A DNA stretch of 64,000 nt from an uncultured Gammaproteobacteria bacterium. Its GTDB lineage: Bacteria > Pseudomonadota > Gammaproteobacteria > JAURND01. Location of the stretch: assembly GCA_963797335.1 (NCBI GenBank), contig CAWCOU010000006.1:760483-824482 (forward strand). Reading direction: 5' to 3'. Every line of letters begins with the position of its first letter. The stretch's first letter is position 1. The position numbers were made by a program, and so were the translations under genes. Shown piece after piece: positions 49,586 to 63,892 of this stretch. The notes beneath the pieces are model-generated. The model was not told the origin of the DNA and did no database searches. It saw nothing but the letters and a program-made list of their open reading frames with translations.

Positions 49586-50497
49586 CTAGCCAGCCGATGG
49601 GGTTATCTGTGTGCGTAATTTACGAAAATCACACCAACTGTCAATAAAACCTAGTAACGCGATGACTATCGTGACATAGGGTAAAAAAACGATTAGACCT
49701 AAATACAGGGTAATTAACGCCGGTACTTTTATTTTTTCATGACTATCCAATTTGTTATGGATTAAGCTTAATCCGGATAACAAAAAGGGCAATGTCACTA
49801 CGGGTAACACATCCAATGCCAGCGCTGAACCAGCCAGTCCTGCACCCAGGCAAAGCAGCCAAACCAGGCTAACCAACGGATGGATGCGGAGCTGACGAAG
49901 TTCTCGGTGTAAGCCACCGGGATTAAATAACTTCGCTTGCCAGCCTCTAGCCAATATTACAATAGCCAGGTCCAATAACAATAAAGTGACGACTAGCGCA
50001 CCTGTGGCAAATTGCACGACGTAACCGAGCGATTGCTTTGCTTGTTCCGGTGAAGTTTGGATATTAAAAGTATCGATCAGGTTTTGCCAGTAGCTTATTA
50101 ACTCTTGACTCCACCAGCCAGAAACATCCCCTATCACCACATGAACAGTGGCTACCGCTAAAATGCCGACGAGAGCGGCGACCAGTACTGTTTTTGTCAC
50201 CGACGCGGTGTGACGTAAAATCCAAGCCATCCACCAAATATTGACCGCTCTTAACACGACAACCCCTAACAGTAGGGTTGGATCGCCATCCAAAAAAAGA
50301 GCTAAGCCCGGTAATGCCACCCACATCAAAACCCATAGTCCTTCTTTTGGGCCTTTATGTAAGGTGACTAGCGCCAGGATGACTTGGCTGATCCAGAGTG
50401 TTGGCAGTTGCAGAAATGGCAGTAACGCACAAACCAATGCGACCCAAATGGCATTTTGGCGTTTACTGGTGAGATACAATCCAAATCGAAGCAACAT
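49586..50497 (-). CDS. Conserved integral membrane protein of unknown function, inserted between rpsR and rplI
   Basis: 303 aa, ~8 TM segments. The same position is occupied by a hypothetical membrane protein in Pseudomonas (rpsF-rpsR-hyp-rplI-dnaB-alr). Confidence 0.6.
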   Translation of the reverse strand: MLLRFGLYLTSKRQNAIWVALVCALLPFLQLPTLWISQVILALVTLHKGPKEGLWVLMWVALPGLALFLDGDPTLLLGVVVLRAVNIWWMAWILRHTASVTKTVLVAALVGILAVATVHVVIGDVSGWWSQELISYWQNLIDTFNIQTSPEQAKQSLGYVVQFATGALVVTLLLLDLAIVILARGWQAKLFNPGGLHRELRQLRIHPLVSLVWLLCLGAGLAGSALALDVLPVVTLPFLLSGLSLIHNKLDSHEKIKVPALITLYLGLIVFLPYVTIVIALLGFIDSWCDFRKLRTQITPSAG

Positions 50498-50535
50498 AAG
50501 CCAACTCTCGTCGTGCGGTGATTTCCGATGAGCTG

Positions 50536-50772
50536 CTAGTGGCGATCACAGTAAGGGAGTAACGCTAGGTAGCGTGCCAATTTTATGGCACGCGCCAACA
50601 TGCGTTGGTAGCGAGCGCTGGTGCCGGTGATACGACTAGGCACAATTCGACCCGATTCCATGATGTAGTTTTGTAAGGTTTGAACATCTTTGTAATCGAT
50701 TTCCTTTACGCCTTCCGCAGAAAAGCGGCAGTATTTTTTTCGACGAAAATAAGTAGACACTATGTACTCCAA
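50536..50772 (-). CDS. rpsR: 30S ribosomal protein S18
   Basis: [67 protein letters not shown]. Confidence 0.95.
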   Translation of the reverse strand: MEYIVSTYFRRKKYCRFSAEGVKEIDYKDVQTLQNYIMESGRIVPSRITGTSARYQRMLARAIKLARYLALLPYCDRH

Positions 50773-50837
50773 AAATTAAATTCAATGAACATAAAGAACG
50801 ATTGAGCTTTGGGCTCAAATGGTTCTTCACTGCGAGG

Positions 50838-51233
50838 TTACTCTCCTGTCTCCGCTCCTGCTTCTGGCTCGGTGGTTTCAGCCGTATTGGTGCGCGCTGG
50901 TTTTTTGTGCGCGGCAGCCTCTTGGATGAGGGGGGAGGGTTCGGTAACGGCGCTGTCACGCTTGAGTACTAAAGAGCGGATGATGGCGTCATTGTATCGA
51001 AAAGAGGTTGTTAGTTCGTCTAGTGTGCCTTTGTTGCATTCGATATTGAATAAAACGTAATGGGCTTTGTGTACTTTGTTGATGGGGTAAGCGAGTGCTA
51101 GGCGTCCCCAGTCTTCAAAGCGATGGATTTGGCCTCCGGCTTCTTTGACGACGGCTTTGTAGCGTTTGACCATGGCGGAGACTTGTTCGCTTTGGTCTGG
51201 GTGGATTAGTAATACTATTTCATAGTGTTGCAT
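50838..51233 (-). CDS. rpsF: 30S ribosomal protein S6, with an acidic C-terminal tail; no priB between rpsF and rpsR
   Basis: [26 protein letters not shown]6 signature. Confidence 0.95.
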   Translation of the reverse strand: MQHYEIVLLIHPDQSEQVSAMVKRYKAVVKEAGGQIHRFEDWGRLALAYPINKVHKAHYVLFNIECNKGTLDELTTSFRYNDAIIRSLVLKRDSAVTEPSPLIQEAAAHKKPARTNTAETTEPEAGAETGE

Positions 51234-51386
51234 TTAGGTTCCTTATGGAGATTTTTTTCAAATCGCCTTTTGGTCGGTGTGACCTTCGCCATTTATTTAG
51301 TCATCGATTCGGCGGTTAAGGCAAGGAGGTTCGGTGGGATACCGATCTAGTAGTATACATAAGCTTTGGAGAATAGGCAAAGGGGG

Positions 51387-51944
51387 TTATTTCTTCCATT
51401 TGATGTTGCAGCCCATGCTGGGGAGTTGGGGTTCGGGGATGGGGTTTCCAGATAGGGTGGCGTCTAGGACGGCGGCTAGGTTTTTGCCGGTGACGGGGGT
51501 GGCGCGGCCGGGGCTGGAGTCGTCGAAGCAGCCGTGGTAGATGCAGGTTTTTTCGCCATTTAGTACATAAAATTCGGGGGTGCATTGGGCGCCGTAGGCT
51601 TTGGCGACTTGTTGGGTTTCGTCGTAGAGATAGGAGAAGGTGTAGCCTTTGGATGCGGCGCGTTTTTGCATTTCTTGGGGGTTGTCTTGGGGGTATTGTT
51701 GGATGTCGTTGGCGCTGATGGCGATGAAGGCGATTCCTTTGGATTGGTATTTTTTTACAAATTTGATTAGTTCTTCTTCTATGTGTTGAACGTACGGGCA
51801 GTGATTACAGATGAACATAATCACGGTTGCTTGTTTGGCTGCTAGGGTTTGTAAGGATAATGGTTTTTCGGTAATGGTGTCTGGTAGGGTAAAGTCGGGG
51901 GCTTTGGTTCCGATTAAGGTGGATTGAGAGTGTGTTAGGGTCAT
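51387..51944 (-). CDS. Thioredoxin-fold thiol-disulfide oxidoreductase (redoxin/AhpC-TSA-like)
   Basis: 185 aa, CxxC active site FICNHCPYV in a thioredoxin-fold context. Confidence 0.65.
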   Translation of the reverse strand: MTLTHSQSTLIGTKAPDFTLPDTITEKPLSLQTLAAKQATVIMFICNHCPYVQHIEEELIKFVKKYQSKGIAFIAISANDIQQYPQDNPQEMQKRAASKGYTFSYLYDETQQVAKAYGAQCTPEFYVLNGEKTCIYHGCFDDSSPGRATPVTGKNLAAVLDATLSGNPIPEPQLPSMGCNIKWKK

Positions 51945-51968
51945 GTTTTTCCTTGATGAAGGTGAATA

Positions 51969-53486
51969 TTAGGATTCGGAGGCGTTGTACATTTCGACGA
52001 TTTGACCGGAGTCTAATAATTGCACTTGCTGTTTGCTGCGATCGTTGCGTCTTTGTCGCAATTGTTCAAAATAATGAGGGCCGATGCCACCGGTCACGTA
52101 ATCTCCGGTAAACACAGAATCTTCGTAGCGGTGGATGGTGGGATTACCTTCGCGTGCGGCTTCGTATAATGCCGATAAATCTTGGAAGATCAACCAATCG
52201 GCGCCCATTTTTTTCGATATTTCTTCTACAGTGCGGTCGTGCGCAATTAATTCATCGGCTGCTGGCATATCGATGCCGTAGACATTGGGGCAGCGCACTT
52301 CCGGGGCGGCAGAAGCAAAGTAAACTTTCCGCGCGCCGGCTTCTCGGGCCATCTGGATAATTTCTTTTGAAGTCGTGCCGCGAACAATCGAATCATCGAC
52401 CAGTAATACATTTTTGCCTTTAAATTCCAGATCGATGGCATTTAATTTTTGTCGTACCGATTTTTGTCGTATGGTTTGCCCTGGCATGATAAATGTACGA
52501 CCAATGTAGCGATTTTTGACAAAGCCTTCACGATACTCCAGTTTAAGCGCCTGCGCTAAAGACAACGCCGCATGACGACTGGTATCTGGAACGGGGATAA
52601 CCACGTCAATATCGTGCTCCGGAACTTCGCGCTGAATTTTGGCCGCCAATTTTTGACCCAACGATAACCGAAACTTATAGACGAGAATGTTATCGATGAT
52701 GGAATCCGGCCTAGCCAAATACACGTGTTCAAAAATACACGGGGAATACTGTACGGGTGACGCACAAATTGCTTGTGAAAACTGCCTTTGGTGATCGATA
52801 AAAACCGCTTCACCGGGGCCAACATCACCGATTAAAGAATAACCTAAGGCATTTAAGGCCACGCTTTCCGAGGCCATCATATACTCAGGTCCTTGCTGAG
52901 TTTCGCGCACCCCGTACACCAATGGCCGAATACCGTAAGGGTCGCGAAAGCCAACCATGCCGTAACCCGCGATTAATACGATGACAGCGTAAGCACCACG
53001 GCAACGCTCATTGACACCGCGCACGGCCGTGAAAACAGCTTCAGGAGTTAACGGTGCTTGGGTTTTTTGCAGCTCATGCGCAAATACATTTAACAACACT
53101 TCTGAATCGGAGTCGGTGTTGAGATGACGACGATTTTCTCGGGTGAGATGCGTACGTAATTCTTCTGAATTAATCAAATTGCCATTGTGGACAATGCTCA
53201 GCCCGTACGGCGAATTCACATACAGTGGTTGTGCTTCCGCGGCGCTGGCAGAACCTGCTGTCGGGTAGCGCACATGCCCTATGCCCATGGTGCCTTGTAA
53301 GCGCAGCATATGATTGGCGCCAATCACGTCGCGCACCAGGCCATTGCCTTTACGTAAAAATACCCGACCCTGATGGCAGGTTAATATACCGGCGGCATCT
53401 TGGCCGCGGTGTTGTAATAAGGTCAAGGCATCGTAAATGTCTTGATTGACGTTGTGAGAAGCTACAGTACCAACAATACCACACAT
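51969..53486 (-). CDS. purF: Amidophosphoribosyltransferase
   Basis: Start at MCGIVG (N-terminal nucleophile Cys after Met). PRTase motif [14 protein letters not shown]. The ORF-track start at 53498 adds 4 aa. Confidence 0.95.
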   Translation of the reverse strand: MCGIVGTVASHNVNQDIYDALTLLQHRGQDAAGILTCHQGRVFLRKGNGLVRDVIGANHMLRLQGTMGIGHVRYPTAGSASAAEAQPLYVNSPYGLSIVHNGNLINSEELRTHLTRENRRHLNTDSDSEVLLNVFAHELQKTQAPLTPEAVFTAVRGVNERCRGAYAVIVLIAGYGMVGFRDPYGIRPLVYGVRETQQGPEYMMASESVALNALGYSLIGDVGPGEAVFIDHQRQFSQAICASPVQYSPCIFEHVYLARPDSIIDNILVYKFRLSLGQKLAAKIQREVPEHDIDVVIPVPDTSRHAALSLAQALKLEYREGFVKNRYIGRTFIMPGQTIRQKSVRQKLNAIDLEFKGKNVLLVDDSIVRGTTSKEIIQMAREAGARKVYFASAAPEVRCPNVYGIDMPAADELIAHDRTVEEISKKMGADWLIFQDLSALYEAAREGNPTIHRYEDSVFTGDYVTGGIGPHYFEQLRQRRNDRSKQQVQLLDSGQIVEMYNASES

Positions 53487-53494
53487 GGGGAATA

Positions 53495-54157
53495 TCACTC
53501 CGTCGTGTTTGATGTTTCAGGCTGCACAGCGCTGGCGGGGACCGCCGGTTCGGCTGCAGGAGAGGATGCGCTCGGTGTTTTCTTCGTGATTTCTTCGATG
53601 CGCGCTTTATTGCGTACCGTGGTGGCTGTACCGGCCGCTTTTATAGTTTCCGTGACGGGTTGTTTCTCCAGTTGCGCCAACTCTTGGGGTAAAATACTGC
53701 GCATCCAAACCACTAGGCTTTCAAACTGAGGAATCGTTTGCGATTCTTGCCACCAGCGGTCTTCTGGAATCGTGGTCATCTCTGCGGCCAGAATAAGCAC
53801 GCCAATTAACAGAATGCCTCTCGCCAATCCAAATACCAAACCCAAAATTCGATCCATTCCGGATAATCCGGTTTTATAAACCATGCCACCAATAAAGAAG
53901 TTGATAATGGCGCCGATAATCAATATGCCTAAAAAGATAATGACAAAGGCAAGCGGCGTGCGAAGATTATCGGAAACGCTGCTCAGGAAATTCGTTGCCA
54001 CCACGCTGGAGAATTTGTAAGCCAACCAGAGGGCAGCGACCCAAATAGCTAAGGAGAATGCTTCACGCAAGAAGCCGCGAACAAAGCTGACCAGCGTGGA
54101 GAAGATGATGATGCCAACAACAACGTAATCGGCCCAATTAAAATTTTGCCAACTCAT
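53495..54157 (-). CDS. cvpA: Colicin V production protein CvpA, with a ~55-aa Pro/Ala/Thr-rich C-terminal extension
   Basis: N-terminus [29 protein letters not shown], 4 TM segments. cvpA-purF synteny with a 4-nt overlap. Confidence 0.85.
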   Translation of the reverse strand: MSWQNFNWADYVVVGIIIFSTLVSFVRGFLREAFSLAIWVAALWLAYKFSSVVATNFLSSVSDNLRTPLAFVIIFLGILIIGAIINFFIGGMVYKTGLSGMDRILGLVFGLARGILLIGVLILAAEMTTIPEDRWWQESQTIPQFESLVVWMRSILPQELAQLEKQPVTETIKAAGTATTVRNKARIEEITKKTPSASSPAAEPAVPASAVQPETSNTTE

Positions 54158-54311
54158 TGCTTGTCACTCAGTGTATAGTAAACAATACGCATATCCTGGA
54201 TCTAACACCTTAGGGTCTGTTGACATCTACTAGCTTGCATAAATTCTATGCTCCGTGCTCGTTATTCACTGAGTTTCTGCGGAGCCTAGCGAATGATCAA
54301 CCGGGCATATT

Positions 54312-55238
54312 CTATTTGAAGCCCGCTTTCACGACCATACCTGGTAAATTCGTTACTTTTTGCAATTTTGACTGCAAGGCTTGGGCATCTGCGCGGCGGA
54401 GTTCAGGGCCTACTAATACCCGCACCCACGTGCCGGTGGCGGTTTTAGTGGTGTGAATATAGGCGGTAAAACCCTGGGCTTGCAGTTTTTTCATCAAGCT
54501 TTCAGCGTTCATCTTATCAGAAAAACTACCGAGCTGCACGGCGAATGCGTCGGGGCTGGCTACCGCAGAACGTGGGTGGTGTTGGGCGGCTGGCTGATTA
54601 GGAATGGCGGAAACGGTGCTGGATAAAGGCTTTAATTTCATGGTCTTGTTGCTTGCTAACTCCCCGGGGGCAGCATTCGTAGCGGAGGCCGGGATGGGTG
54701 ATAAAGGATCGTTAGGAGCTGCCATGGCCGAAGGTGTCGAGGTTGAGGGGGCATTGTCTGAAGATTGGGTTGTTGCCGTGGCAGAGGCGACGGATGGTAT
54801 CGTGGTTGCTGGAGTTGCTTGTTCTGTGGAACTAGCCGGAGTCGTTTGCGCTGTGGGATTAGTGCCAGTGGTGGGCACGCTTCGCTTTGCCCACCCGGAA
54901 TTTACGGCGGATGGGGAGGCATCCGCCGCTACGATATTTACTGCGGAGGGGGAAGCATCCGTCGCTGCCAATGTTTGCACCTGTTCCGTGACGATGCGGG
55001 CATTGGCATCCAAAGTGGCGGTGGCTGGAGTGGCTTTTGCTAACGGCGGCGTAGTGATAGCTTGTGGCGGAATGGGCATATTAAAATTGACCGGCAAAGC
55101 AGGTGGGCTCGGTTGACGAGCCGATAACTGCAGTTCGCGTATGGGCACCGATTGCCCAAAAAAGAACGGCGTAATTAATAAGGCCACAGCAATCAGAATT
55201 AATATGCCGATCAAGCGTTTTTTAAGAGTCAATTCCAC
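54312..55238 (-). CDS. dedD: SPOR-domain cell-division protein (DedD-like)
   Basis: Single N-terminal TM (LIGILILIAVALLITPFFFG), a long Pro/Ala/Thr-rich linker with an internal ~12-aa direct repeat, and a C-terminal SPOR domain (AFAVQLGSFSDKMNAESLMKKLQAQGFTAYIH). Probable GTG start at 55238 (AGGGGAAAG RBS); the ORF-track start is 55316. Confidence 0.75.
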   Translation of the reverse strand: MELTLKKRLIGILILIAVALLITPFFFGQSVPIRELQLSARQPSPPALPVNFNMPIPPQAITTPPLAKATPATATLDANARIVTEQVQTLAATDASPSAVNIVAADASPSAVNSGWAKRSVPTTGTNPTAQTTPASSTEQATPATTIPSVASATATTQSSDNAPSTSTPSAMAAPNDPLSPIPASATNAAPGELASNKTMKLKPLSSTVSAIPNQPAAQHHPRSAVASPDAFAVQLGSFSDKMNAESLMKKLQAQGFTAYIHTTKTATGTWVRVLVGPELRRADAQALQSKLQKVTNLPGMVVKAGFK

Positions 55239-55275
55239 TGTCTTTCCCCTAACCAAAAGTTGCGCTAGCAAAATG

Positions 55276-56520
55276 CTAGCATTCCAATACGGCGGCGACC
55301 GTATGGAAGGAACCAAATACTAATAACTGATCTTCTTTCTCACATTCTTTTAAGGCCATTTGATGGGCCAGAATGACTGTTTCTGCGGAATAATATTGCT
55401 CTACACCCAAATCACGCAAATGATTGACAATGATTTCAGCTTTAACGCCACGGGGGGTATTCAAACCACCTATATACCAGACATCGATTAATGGTAACAA
55501 TGGTTGTAATGTCGATCGAATATCTTTATCACCCAAGATACTAACTACTGCTCGCACTTTACCAGATCGAGGTAATTGCGATAACCGTTGCGCCAGTAAT
55601 TCTGCGGATTGTGGGTTATGAGCCACATCGTAAATGCTAGACACTGGGTCACTTACCCGTTGAAATCGTCCCGGCAAATTGGCGATTTGCAAACCCTGCA
55701 CAATGGCTTGATGGGTCACGGGTAAGCGACCGGCAAGGCACTGGATGGCCATCAATGCCGTGACTGCATTCTGCCAAGGTAAAAGTGGTACGGGTAGATC
55801 GTGATAGCTTCCCGCACCACACTGCCATTGCCAAACACGGCCGTCTGGATTGAGCCGGCCAAAAAAATCTCTATCCACGCCATAAAAAGCGGCTCCGACT
55901 GCCGCCGCTGTTGCTATCACACTGTCTGGCGGATCGGGGTCACCACAAATGGCCGGCGCGTGAGCTCTAAAAATCCCCGCCTTTTCTCGGCCAATGGCTT
56001 CGCGGGTATCGCCCAACCAATCTTGATGATCGAGACCAACGGTGGTAATAACCGCCACATCGGGGTCGAGTAAATTGACGGCGTCTAATCGCCCACCTAA
56101 ACCGACTTCCAGTAACAGCACATCTAAGGCATCGAATTTAAAGAGTAGCAATGCGGCTAAGGTGGTAAATTCAAAAAAAGTTAATGGCGTTTTGCCTCGC
56201 GCTTGTTCAACTTGAGCAAACACCCGCTGCCAAGCCGTTTCTGGAACTTCTTCACCGTTGATACGGACGCGTTCAGAAAAATGCAACAGATGGGGAGACG
56301 TGTAGGCGCCGGTACGATATCCCTGAGCCCGGTAAATGGCTTCTAGAAAAGCCACGCAAGATCCCTTGCCGTTGGTACCGGCGATGGTGATGACAGGACA
56401 AGCACTTGCGTCAACACCCAAGCTGGCGGCTATTGGCTTGATTCGCTCCAACCCCATGGCGATATTTTGGGGATGCAATGCTTCAATATAGTTAAGCCAG
56501 TCTGCGAATGTTCGCATCAA
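55276..56520 (-). CDS. folC: Dihydrofolate synthase / folylpolyglutamate synthase
   Basis: 414 aa, ATP-binding motif IAGTNGKGS. accD-folC synteny with a 4-nt overlap. Confidence 0.93.
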   Translation of the reverse strand: MMRTFADWLNYIEALHPQNIAMGLERIKPIAASLGVDASACPVITIAGTNGKGSCVAFLEAIYRAQGYRTGAYTSPHLLHFSERVRINGEEVPETAWQRVFAQVEQARGKTPLTFFEFTTLAALLLFKFDALDVLLLEVGLGGRLDAVNLLDPDVAVITTVGLDHQDWLGDTREAIGREKAGIFRAHAPAICGDPDPPDSVIATAAAVGAAFYGVDRDFFGRLNPDGRVWQWQCGAGSYHDLPVPLLPWQNAVTALMAIQCLAGRLPVTHQAIVQGLQIANLPGRFQRVSDPVSSIYDVAHNPQSAELLAQRLSQLPRSGKVRAVVSILGDKDIRSTLQPLLPLIDVWYIGGLNTPRGVKAEIIVNHLRDLGVEQYYSAETVILAHQMALKECEKEDQLLVFGSFHTVAAVLEC

Positions 56521-57383
56521 GCCGCTTCTTCCGGTTTAGGGTGGTGTTGGAGTTTGGCGAGCAAATCGGCAATACGCCATCGCATTTCTCGACGATCGAT
56601 AATCAGATCAATGGCGCCGTGTTTTAATAAAAACTCACTGCGTTGGAAGCCTTCGGGTAAGGTTTGGCGCACGGTTTGCTCTATGACCCGTGGGCCAGCG
56701 AAACCGATTAATGCTTTGGGTTCAGCGATGATGATATCGCCCAACATGGCCAGGCTGGCAGAAACCCCGCCCATGGTGGGGTCGAGTAATACCGAGATAT
56801 ACGGAATACCGTGCGATGATAGCTTGGCTAACGCGGCACTGGTTTTGGCCATTTGCATCAAAGAGAATAACCCTTCTTGCATACGGGCGCCGCCGCTGGT
56901 CGCGAAACAAATGAATGGGATGTTTTCTCGTAAGCTGGCTTCCACCGCTTGGACAAACCGTTCGCCGACCACGGTGCCCATGGAACCGCCAATAAAGTTA
57001 AAATCAAACGCAACGGCCACGACGGGGTAGTGATATAACATGCCTTTCATGGCGATTAGGGCGTCTTTTTCACCGGTTGATTTTTGTGCGGCGAGTAATC
57101 GGTCTTTGTATTTTTTGGTGTCACGGAAGCGCAAGATATCCTCAGGTGCAACCTCCATGGCGATTTCAGTCTCGGTCTCTTTATCGAGGAACCAATGGAG
57201 GCGTGTGCGGGCGCCGATGCGGTGATGGTGATCGCACTTAGGGCAAACTTCGAGATTACGCTCGAGTTCGGCTCGGTAGAGCACTGCGCCGCAAGCTAAG
57301 CACTTGCTCCATACCCCTTCCGGTACTCCTTTTTTGTGAGCTGTTTCAACTTTGGAAGGGAAGAGTTTTTTGAACCAAGTCAT
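56517..57383 (-). CDS. accD: Acetyl-CoA carboxylase carboxyltransferase beta subunit
   Basis: 288 aa, N-terminal C4 zinc finger [26 protein letters not shown]. Confidence 0.95.
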   Translation of the reverse strand: MTWFKKLFPSKVETAHKKGVPEGVWSKCLACGAVLYRAELERNLEVCPKCDHHHRIGARTRLHWFLDKETETEIAMEVAPEDILRFRDTKKYKDRLLAAQKSTGEKDALIAMKGMLYHYPVVAVAFDFNFIGGSMGTVVGERFVQAVEASLRENIPFICFATSGGARMQEGLFSLMQMAKTSAALAKLSSHGIPYISVLLDPTMGGVSASLAMLGDIIIAEPKALIGFAGPRVIEQTVRQTLPEGFQRSEFLLKHGAIDLIIDRREMRWRIADLLAKLQHHPKPEEAA

Positions 57384-57425
57384 AAAGTATTCTCGATCAG
57401 AAAATCCCTTTCTCCCTCAAGGGCC

Positions 57426-57721
57426 AGGGTATACACACATCTTTTTTAGCCAACTATGAGTAGGCACCGGATTAATAATTAGCACTGTAAACTCCCTCTC
57501 CCGCGCGAGAAGTTTGGACAAAAGTTGCAAACCTATTCGCGGGAGAGGGTTGGGGGAGAGGGTAACGTCTCGCGCTATCCATTCGCCCTCTCCCCAACCC
57601 TCTCCCGCGAACAAGTTCAGAGCCTTTATTCAAGCCCCTCGCGCGGGAGAGGGGGCCTACAGTGCTAACCCCTAATCTAATACTCACTCACAGTTGACTG
57701 AAAAAGATGTGTGCATACCCT
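57426..57721. repeat. Repeat family F1 copy 3, with both terminal inverted repeats intact
   Basis: agggtatacacacatcttttttagccaactatgag ... cacagttgactgaaaaagatgtgtgcataccct flanking the nested palindrome. Confidence 0.8.
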
Positions 57722-57753
57722 AGTCATCAAGGGAAGAAAGAGATTTCCGTGGT

Positions 57754-58275
57754 TTATTTGATGCTAATTAAATGTACTTTAAACACTAACGGTTGGTTTG
57801 GGCCGATCACGCCGCCGGCGCCGCGTTCACCGTAGGCTAATTCGGCGGGGATATACAGCATCCAAGTTGCGCCGGTATTCATGAGTGGTAACGCTTCTTG
57901 CCAGCCTGGAATAACACCGGTCACCGGGAAGGTGGCGGGTTGACCGCGCTGGTATGAACTGTCAAATACCTGCCCGTTAATCAATCGGCCTTCGTAATCC
58001 ACCGTCACTGTACTATCTTTGCTCGGTTTTTTCCCAGTTCCTGCCGTTATAATTTCGTATTGCAAACCGCTGGGTAAGGTGACGATTTTGGGTTTATGTT
58101 TATTCGCTTCCATAAAAGCTTCACCTGCTTGTTTATTGGTGTCGGCCACATTCGCCGAGCTGGTTGTCGGGACGGATGATGAACTGTCATCGGCTGCAAG
58201 TGCAGCGAGTGGTGCACACAGAAATAGAGATAAAGCGCCAACCGCTATTCCGCTCAATAGGTTTTTATTTTTCAT
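57754..58275 (-). CDS. FKBP-type peptidyl-prolyl cis-trans isomerase (short Mip/FkpA-like), secreted
   Basis: 173 aa with a signal peptide and FKBP domain [19 protein letters not shown]...[14 protein letters not shown]...[11 protein letters not shown]. Confidence 0.88.
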   Translation of the reverse strand: MKNKNLLSGIAVGALSLFLCAPLAALAADDSSSSVPTTSSANVADTNKQAGEAFMEANKHKPKIVTLPSGLQYEIITAGTGKKPSKDSTVTVDYEGRLINGQVFDSSYQRGQPATFPVTGVIPGWQEALPLMNTGATWMLYIPAELAYGERGAGGVIGPNQPLVFKVHLISIK

Positions 58276-58362
58276 TTGGGTGATCTCCTTATTTAAACAA
58301 TCGCAATGCTCATTCGAAGCTCGTCGTGCCTGCGGGACGGTGACCCCGATGAGCTGTGCACC

Positions 58363-59187
58363 TTAAGCAGGTACAGGGTGATACGATACCATATTAAAAA
58401 GTGACTGCAAATTGGAAGATGTGTTGGCGGGGAATTGCCAAGCTGATGGGTATTCGACGACCGTTAGATAGAGTCCTTGGGGTGGTGCGGTGATACCCGC
58501 CTGGCGACGATCCTTGGCCAATAATACGGTATGGGCCCATTCCGGTGTTCGCTTCCCGGTGCCAATATCCAATAATACCCCGACGATATTACGCACCATG
58601 TGATGCAAGAACGCATTGGCGGTAATCGCCACGGTCACAAAATCACCGGTTCGGCGCACCTGCAACTGCCGTACGCAACGATGCACCGTTTTGGATTGAC
58701 AATCGGCTGCGCGGAACGAGCTGAAATCTTGTTCGCCTACTAAAAACTCTGCGGCGGCTGCCATGGCATCGACGTTCAGCGCATACGGGAACCACGTGAC
58801 TTGCTGGCGAAAGATGGCAGGTTGTGCGTGGTGATTATAAAGAACGTACAGATAACTACGTGATAAAGCAGTGAAACGGGCATGGAAGGTTTCAGCAACC
58901 GGGGTCGCCCATTGCACACGAATGTCCGCTGGTAAGTAGCGATTGATTCCGGCGACAAACGCCGATTCTCTTCTGGAAACGCCGGTATCAAAGTGAACGA
59001 CTTGCGCTAAGGCATGGACCCCGCGGTCTGTTCTTCCGGCACACGTCACTTGTACGGGATGATTGACTATCTGGGCTATCGCTGCTTCTAAGGTCTGCTG
59101 GATGGTTTTGCTGGGCATGTTCGATTGGGCTTGCCAACCATGATATGCACTACCCTCATACTCCACACCTAATGCCCAACGCACCAC
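58363..59187 (-). CDS. truA: tRNA pseudouridine(38-40) synthase
   Basis: 274 aa, ALGVEYEGSAYHGWQAQ...GRTDRGVHA catalytic Asp motif. Confidence 0.93.
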   Translation of the reverse strand: MVRWALGVEYEGSAYHGWQAQSNMPSKTIQQTLEAAIAQIVNHPVQVTCAGRTDRGVHALAQVVHFDTGVSRRESAFVAGINRYLPADIRVQWATPVAETFHARFTALSRSYLYVLYNHHAQPAIFRQQVTWFPYALNVDAMAAAAEFLVGEQDFSSFRAADCQSKTVHRCVRQLQVRRTGDFVTVAITANAFLHHMVRNIVGVLLDIGTGKRTPEWAHTVLLAKDRRQAGITAPPQGLYLTVVEYPSAWQFPANTSSNLQSLFNMVSYHPVPA

Positions 59188-59199
59188 ACGACCTCGCTG

Positions 59200-60078
59200 T
59201 TATTTTTGTTCGGCAGCTTCTGCTTGTAATATAATTTCCTTAGCTTCTGCCTGTTGTTCTGCCGTGCCTTTATCTAACACCATTTGTAGTGTTTCTCGCA
59301 CCGCCTCTACATCCGCCATTTCCAGATAGGCTCGGGCTAAGTCTAGCCGAACCGGCATGGCATCGGGGCTGTTCATAAAATCAAACTCATCGTCATCACT
59401 GTCGTGCTGTGAGAATGCCACGGCTTTATCGGTAAAGTCTTCTTCGCTTTCAACCAGGTCATCGTCTAAGTCGAGATCAGTGGCTTCGTCGGCTTCTTCC
59501 AGGAGTAATTCGTCGCTCTCTTCATCTTCATCTTCTTCATGACTTTCCAGCAATAAGTCTTCGTTGAAGTCAAAGTCGGATTCGTTCTGGTCTTCTTCTT
59601 CGGCTTCTTCTAAGAGATCTTCGCTAAACGCGCTGTCTTCCATGGCGGGTCGTAAGGGGTCTTCGGCAAATGCAACCGGGTCTGGTGGAAAATGTTTGGG
59701 TCGTTCCGGCGTCGTGGCGAGTTCAGAAACGGGTTTTGTTCGTGGGACTAATAACCATATTAATCCCGCGACGGCGGCGACGATCAGGGCAATTCCTAAT
59801 AATAGTAGCCAACCCATCCCGCTAAATAAAAAGTCTAAGAAGCCTTGTTGATTCATTCCTTTCGATAGTTGGCTGGGGTCAATGGTTTGCACCTCGGCTA
59901 AGGATTGCCGGAGCTGAACGACTTGCTGGCTTAGGGTGATGACTTGTTGTTGTAAACTGGTATTTTGTTCGCGCAGTGCCTGCCATGCTTCTGGGGTAGG
60001 CGACGATGGCGGTTCATCGGCCCAAATGGGGGTGATGATCAGCCCCAGGAGAATGAGGATCCAGCGGGTTGTTTTCAT
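59200..60078 (-). CDS. Short FimV-like protein (signal peptide, coiled coil, one TM, acidic D/E-rich tract, conserved FimV C-terminal domain)
   Basis: C-terminus LDLARAYLEMADVEAVRETLQMVLDKGTAEQQAEAKEIIL resembles the FimV C-terminal motif. Lies immediately upstream of truA, a conserved FimV position. Confidence 0.6.
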   Translation of the reverse strand: MKTTRWILILLGLIITPIWADEPPSSPTPEAWQALREQNTSLQQQVITLSQQVVQLRQSLAEVQTIDPSQLSKGMNQQGFLDFLFSGMGWLLLLGIALIVAAVAGLIWLLVPRTKPVSELATTPERPKHFPPDPVAFAEDPLRPAMEDSAFSEDLLEEAEEEDQNESDFDFNEDLLLESHEEDEDEESDELLLEEADEATDLDLDDDLVESEEDFTDKAVAFSQHDSDDDEFDFMNSPDAMPVRLDLARAYLEMADVEAVRETLQMVLDKGTAEQQAEAKEIILQAEAAEQK

Positions 60079-60153
60079 ACTTGTTTACCTTTGGAAGATT
60101 TTAAAGTCCATCTGTATAGAGTAATCTATTGTAAAATATCTTGTTCCAAGATG

Positions 60154-60260
60154 CTAATTTTTACCCCTCATCCGCCCTCACGGGCACCTTCTCCCACAGG
60201 GGGAGAAGGAAAATATTTAGAAAATTTGAATTATTTAACGCCCCCACAAGGGAAGGGGGG
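60154..60260. repeat. Repeat family F5 copy (diverged) in the folB upstream region
   Basis: acccctcatccgccctcacgggcaccttctcccacagggggagaagga ... cgcccccacaagggaagggggg. Confidence 0.65.
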
Positions 60261-60301
60261 GATTTATACTGTTGTTTCTTTAATAATATAGGGGCTCTGA
60301 A

Positions 60302-60652
60302 ATGGGTAAGCTTTTTATTTATGGGTTGCAGTTGCCGACTTTGATTGGGGTGTATGCGGAAGAGCGGCTGAATACACAGATAGTGTATGCCGATGTGGAG
60401 CTTCGTTTATCGATTGAGCGTGCGGCGGTTTCCGATCAAGTGGATCATACGGTGGATTATGCGCTGGTTGCTCATGGGTTGCGTGAGTGGGCGGCGGATT
60501 GTCGGTTTCATTTATTGGAGGCGTTGGCTCGGCATTTGGGGCAGCGGGTATTGCAGGAGTTTGCGGTGGATGAGGTGATGTTGCGTTTGAAAAAGTTATC
60601 GGCTTTGCCGGAAGCTGAGGTAGTGGGGGTTGAGATTGTTTGTCTTCGGTAA
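60302..60652 (+). CDS. folB: Dihydroneopterin aldolase
   Basis: 116 aa, MGKLFIYGLQLPTLIGVYAEERLNTQIVYADVEL. FolB fold motifs. Confidence 0.85.
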   Translation: MGKLFIYGLQLPTLIGVYAEERLNTQIVYADVELRLSIERAAVSDQVDHTVDYALVAHGLREWAADCRFHLLEALARHLGQRVLQEFAVDEVMLRLKKLSALPEAEVVGVEIVCLR

Positions 60653-60674
60653 AAAGATGGGGATATTTTAAGGT

Positions 60675-60705
60675 AAGCTTCCCGTGTATTTTTACACGGG
60701 AAGTT
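60675..60705. terminator. Perfect 11-bp-stem hairpin shared by convergent folB (+) and 5S rRNA (-); probable bidirectional terminator
   Basis: aagcttcccgtgtatttttacacgggaagtt. Confidence 0.5.
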
Positions 60706-60716
60706 ACGGAATAAAA

Positions 60717-60832
60717 ACCTGGCAGTGTCCTACTTTCACATGAGGAAACCTCACACTATCATCGGCGCTAAGCGTTTTCACTTCTGAGTTCGGAATGGGA
60801 TCAGGTGGTACCCGCTTGCTATGGCCGCCAGG
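60717..60832 (-). rRNA. rrf: 5S ribosomal RNA
   Basis: Reverse complement tcctggcggccatagcaagcgggtaccacctgatcccattccgaactcagaagtgaaaacgcttagcgccgatgatagtgtgaggtttcctcatgtgaaagtaggacactgccagg matches the 5S consensus. Confidence 0.92.
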
Positions 60833-60959
60833 AGACGGTTGGGCAAATAACTTTGCCGCATTCTTTTTTGCTGTAACTCTTAACGTATTCAGCGATGTAG
60901 AAGGTATTTATATATCTAAAATAGTTGCTTAACTAACACTTGGTTTTGAAAAGTAAAAC

Positions 60960-63892
<2,933 letters not shown>

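Noticed and set aside
51234-51386. 89-aa ORF 51316-51585 upstream of rpsF and the 61-aa ORF 51585-51770
   Set aside because: They overlap the thioredoxin-like gene on the opposite strand or occupy the rpsF leader. Proline/arginine-rich low-complexity translations are typical of GC-rich antisense reading. The rpsF 5' leader is more likely a regulatory UTR.
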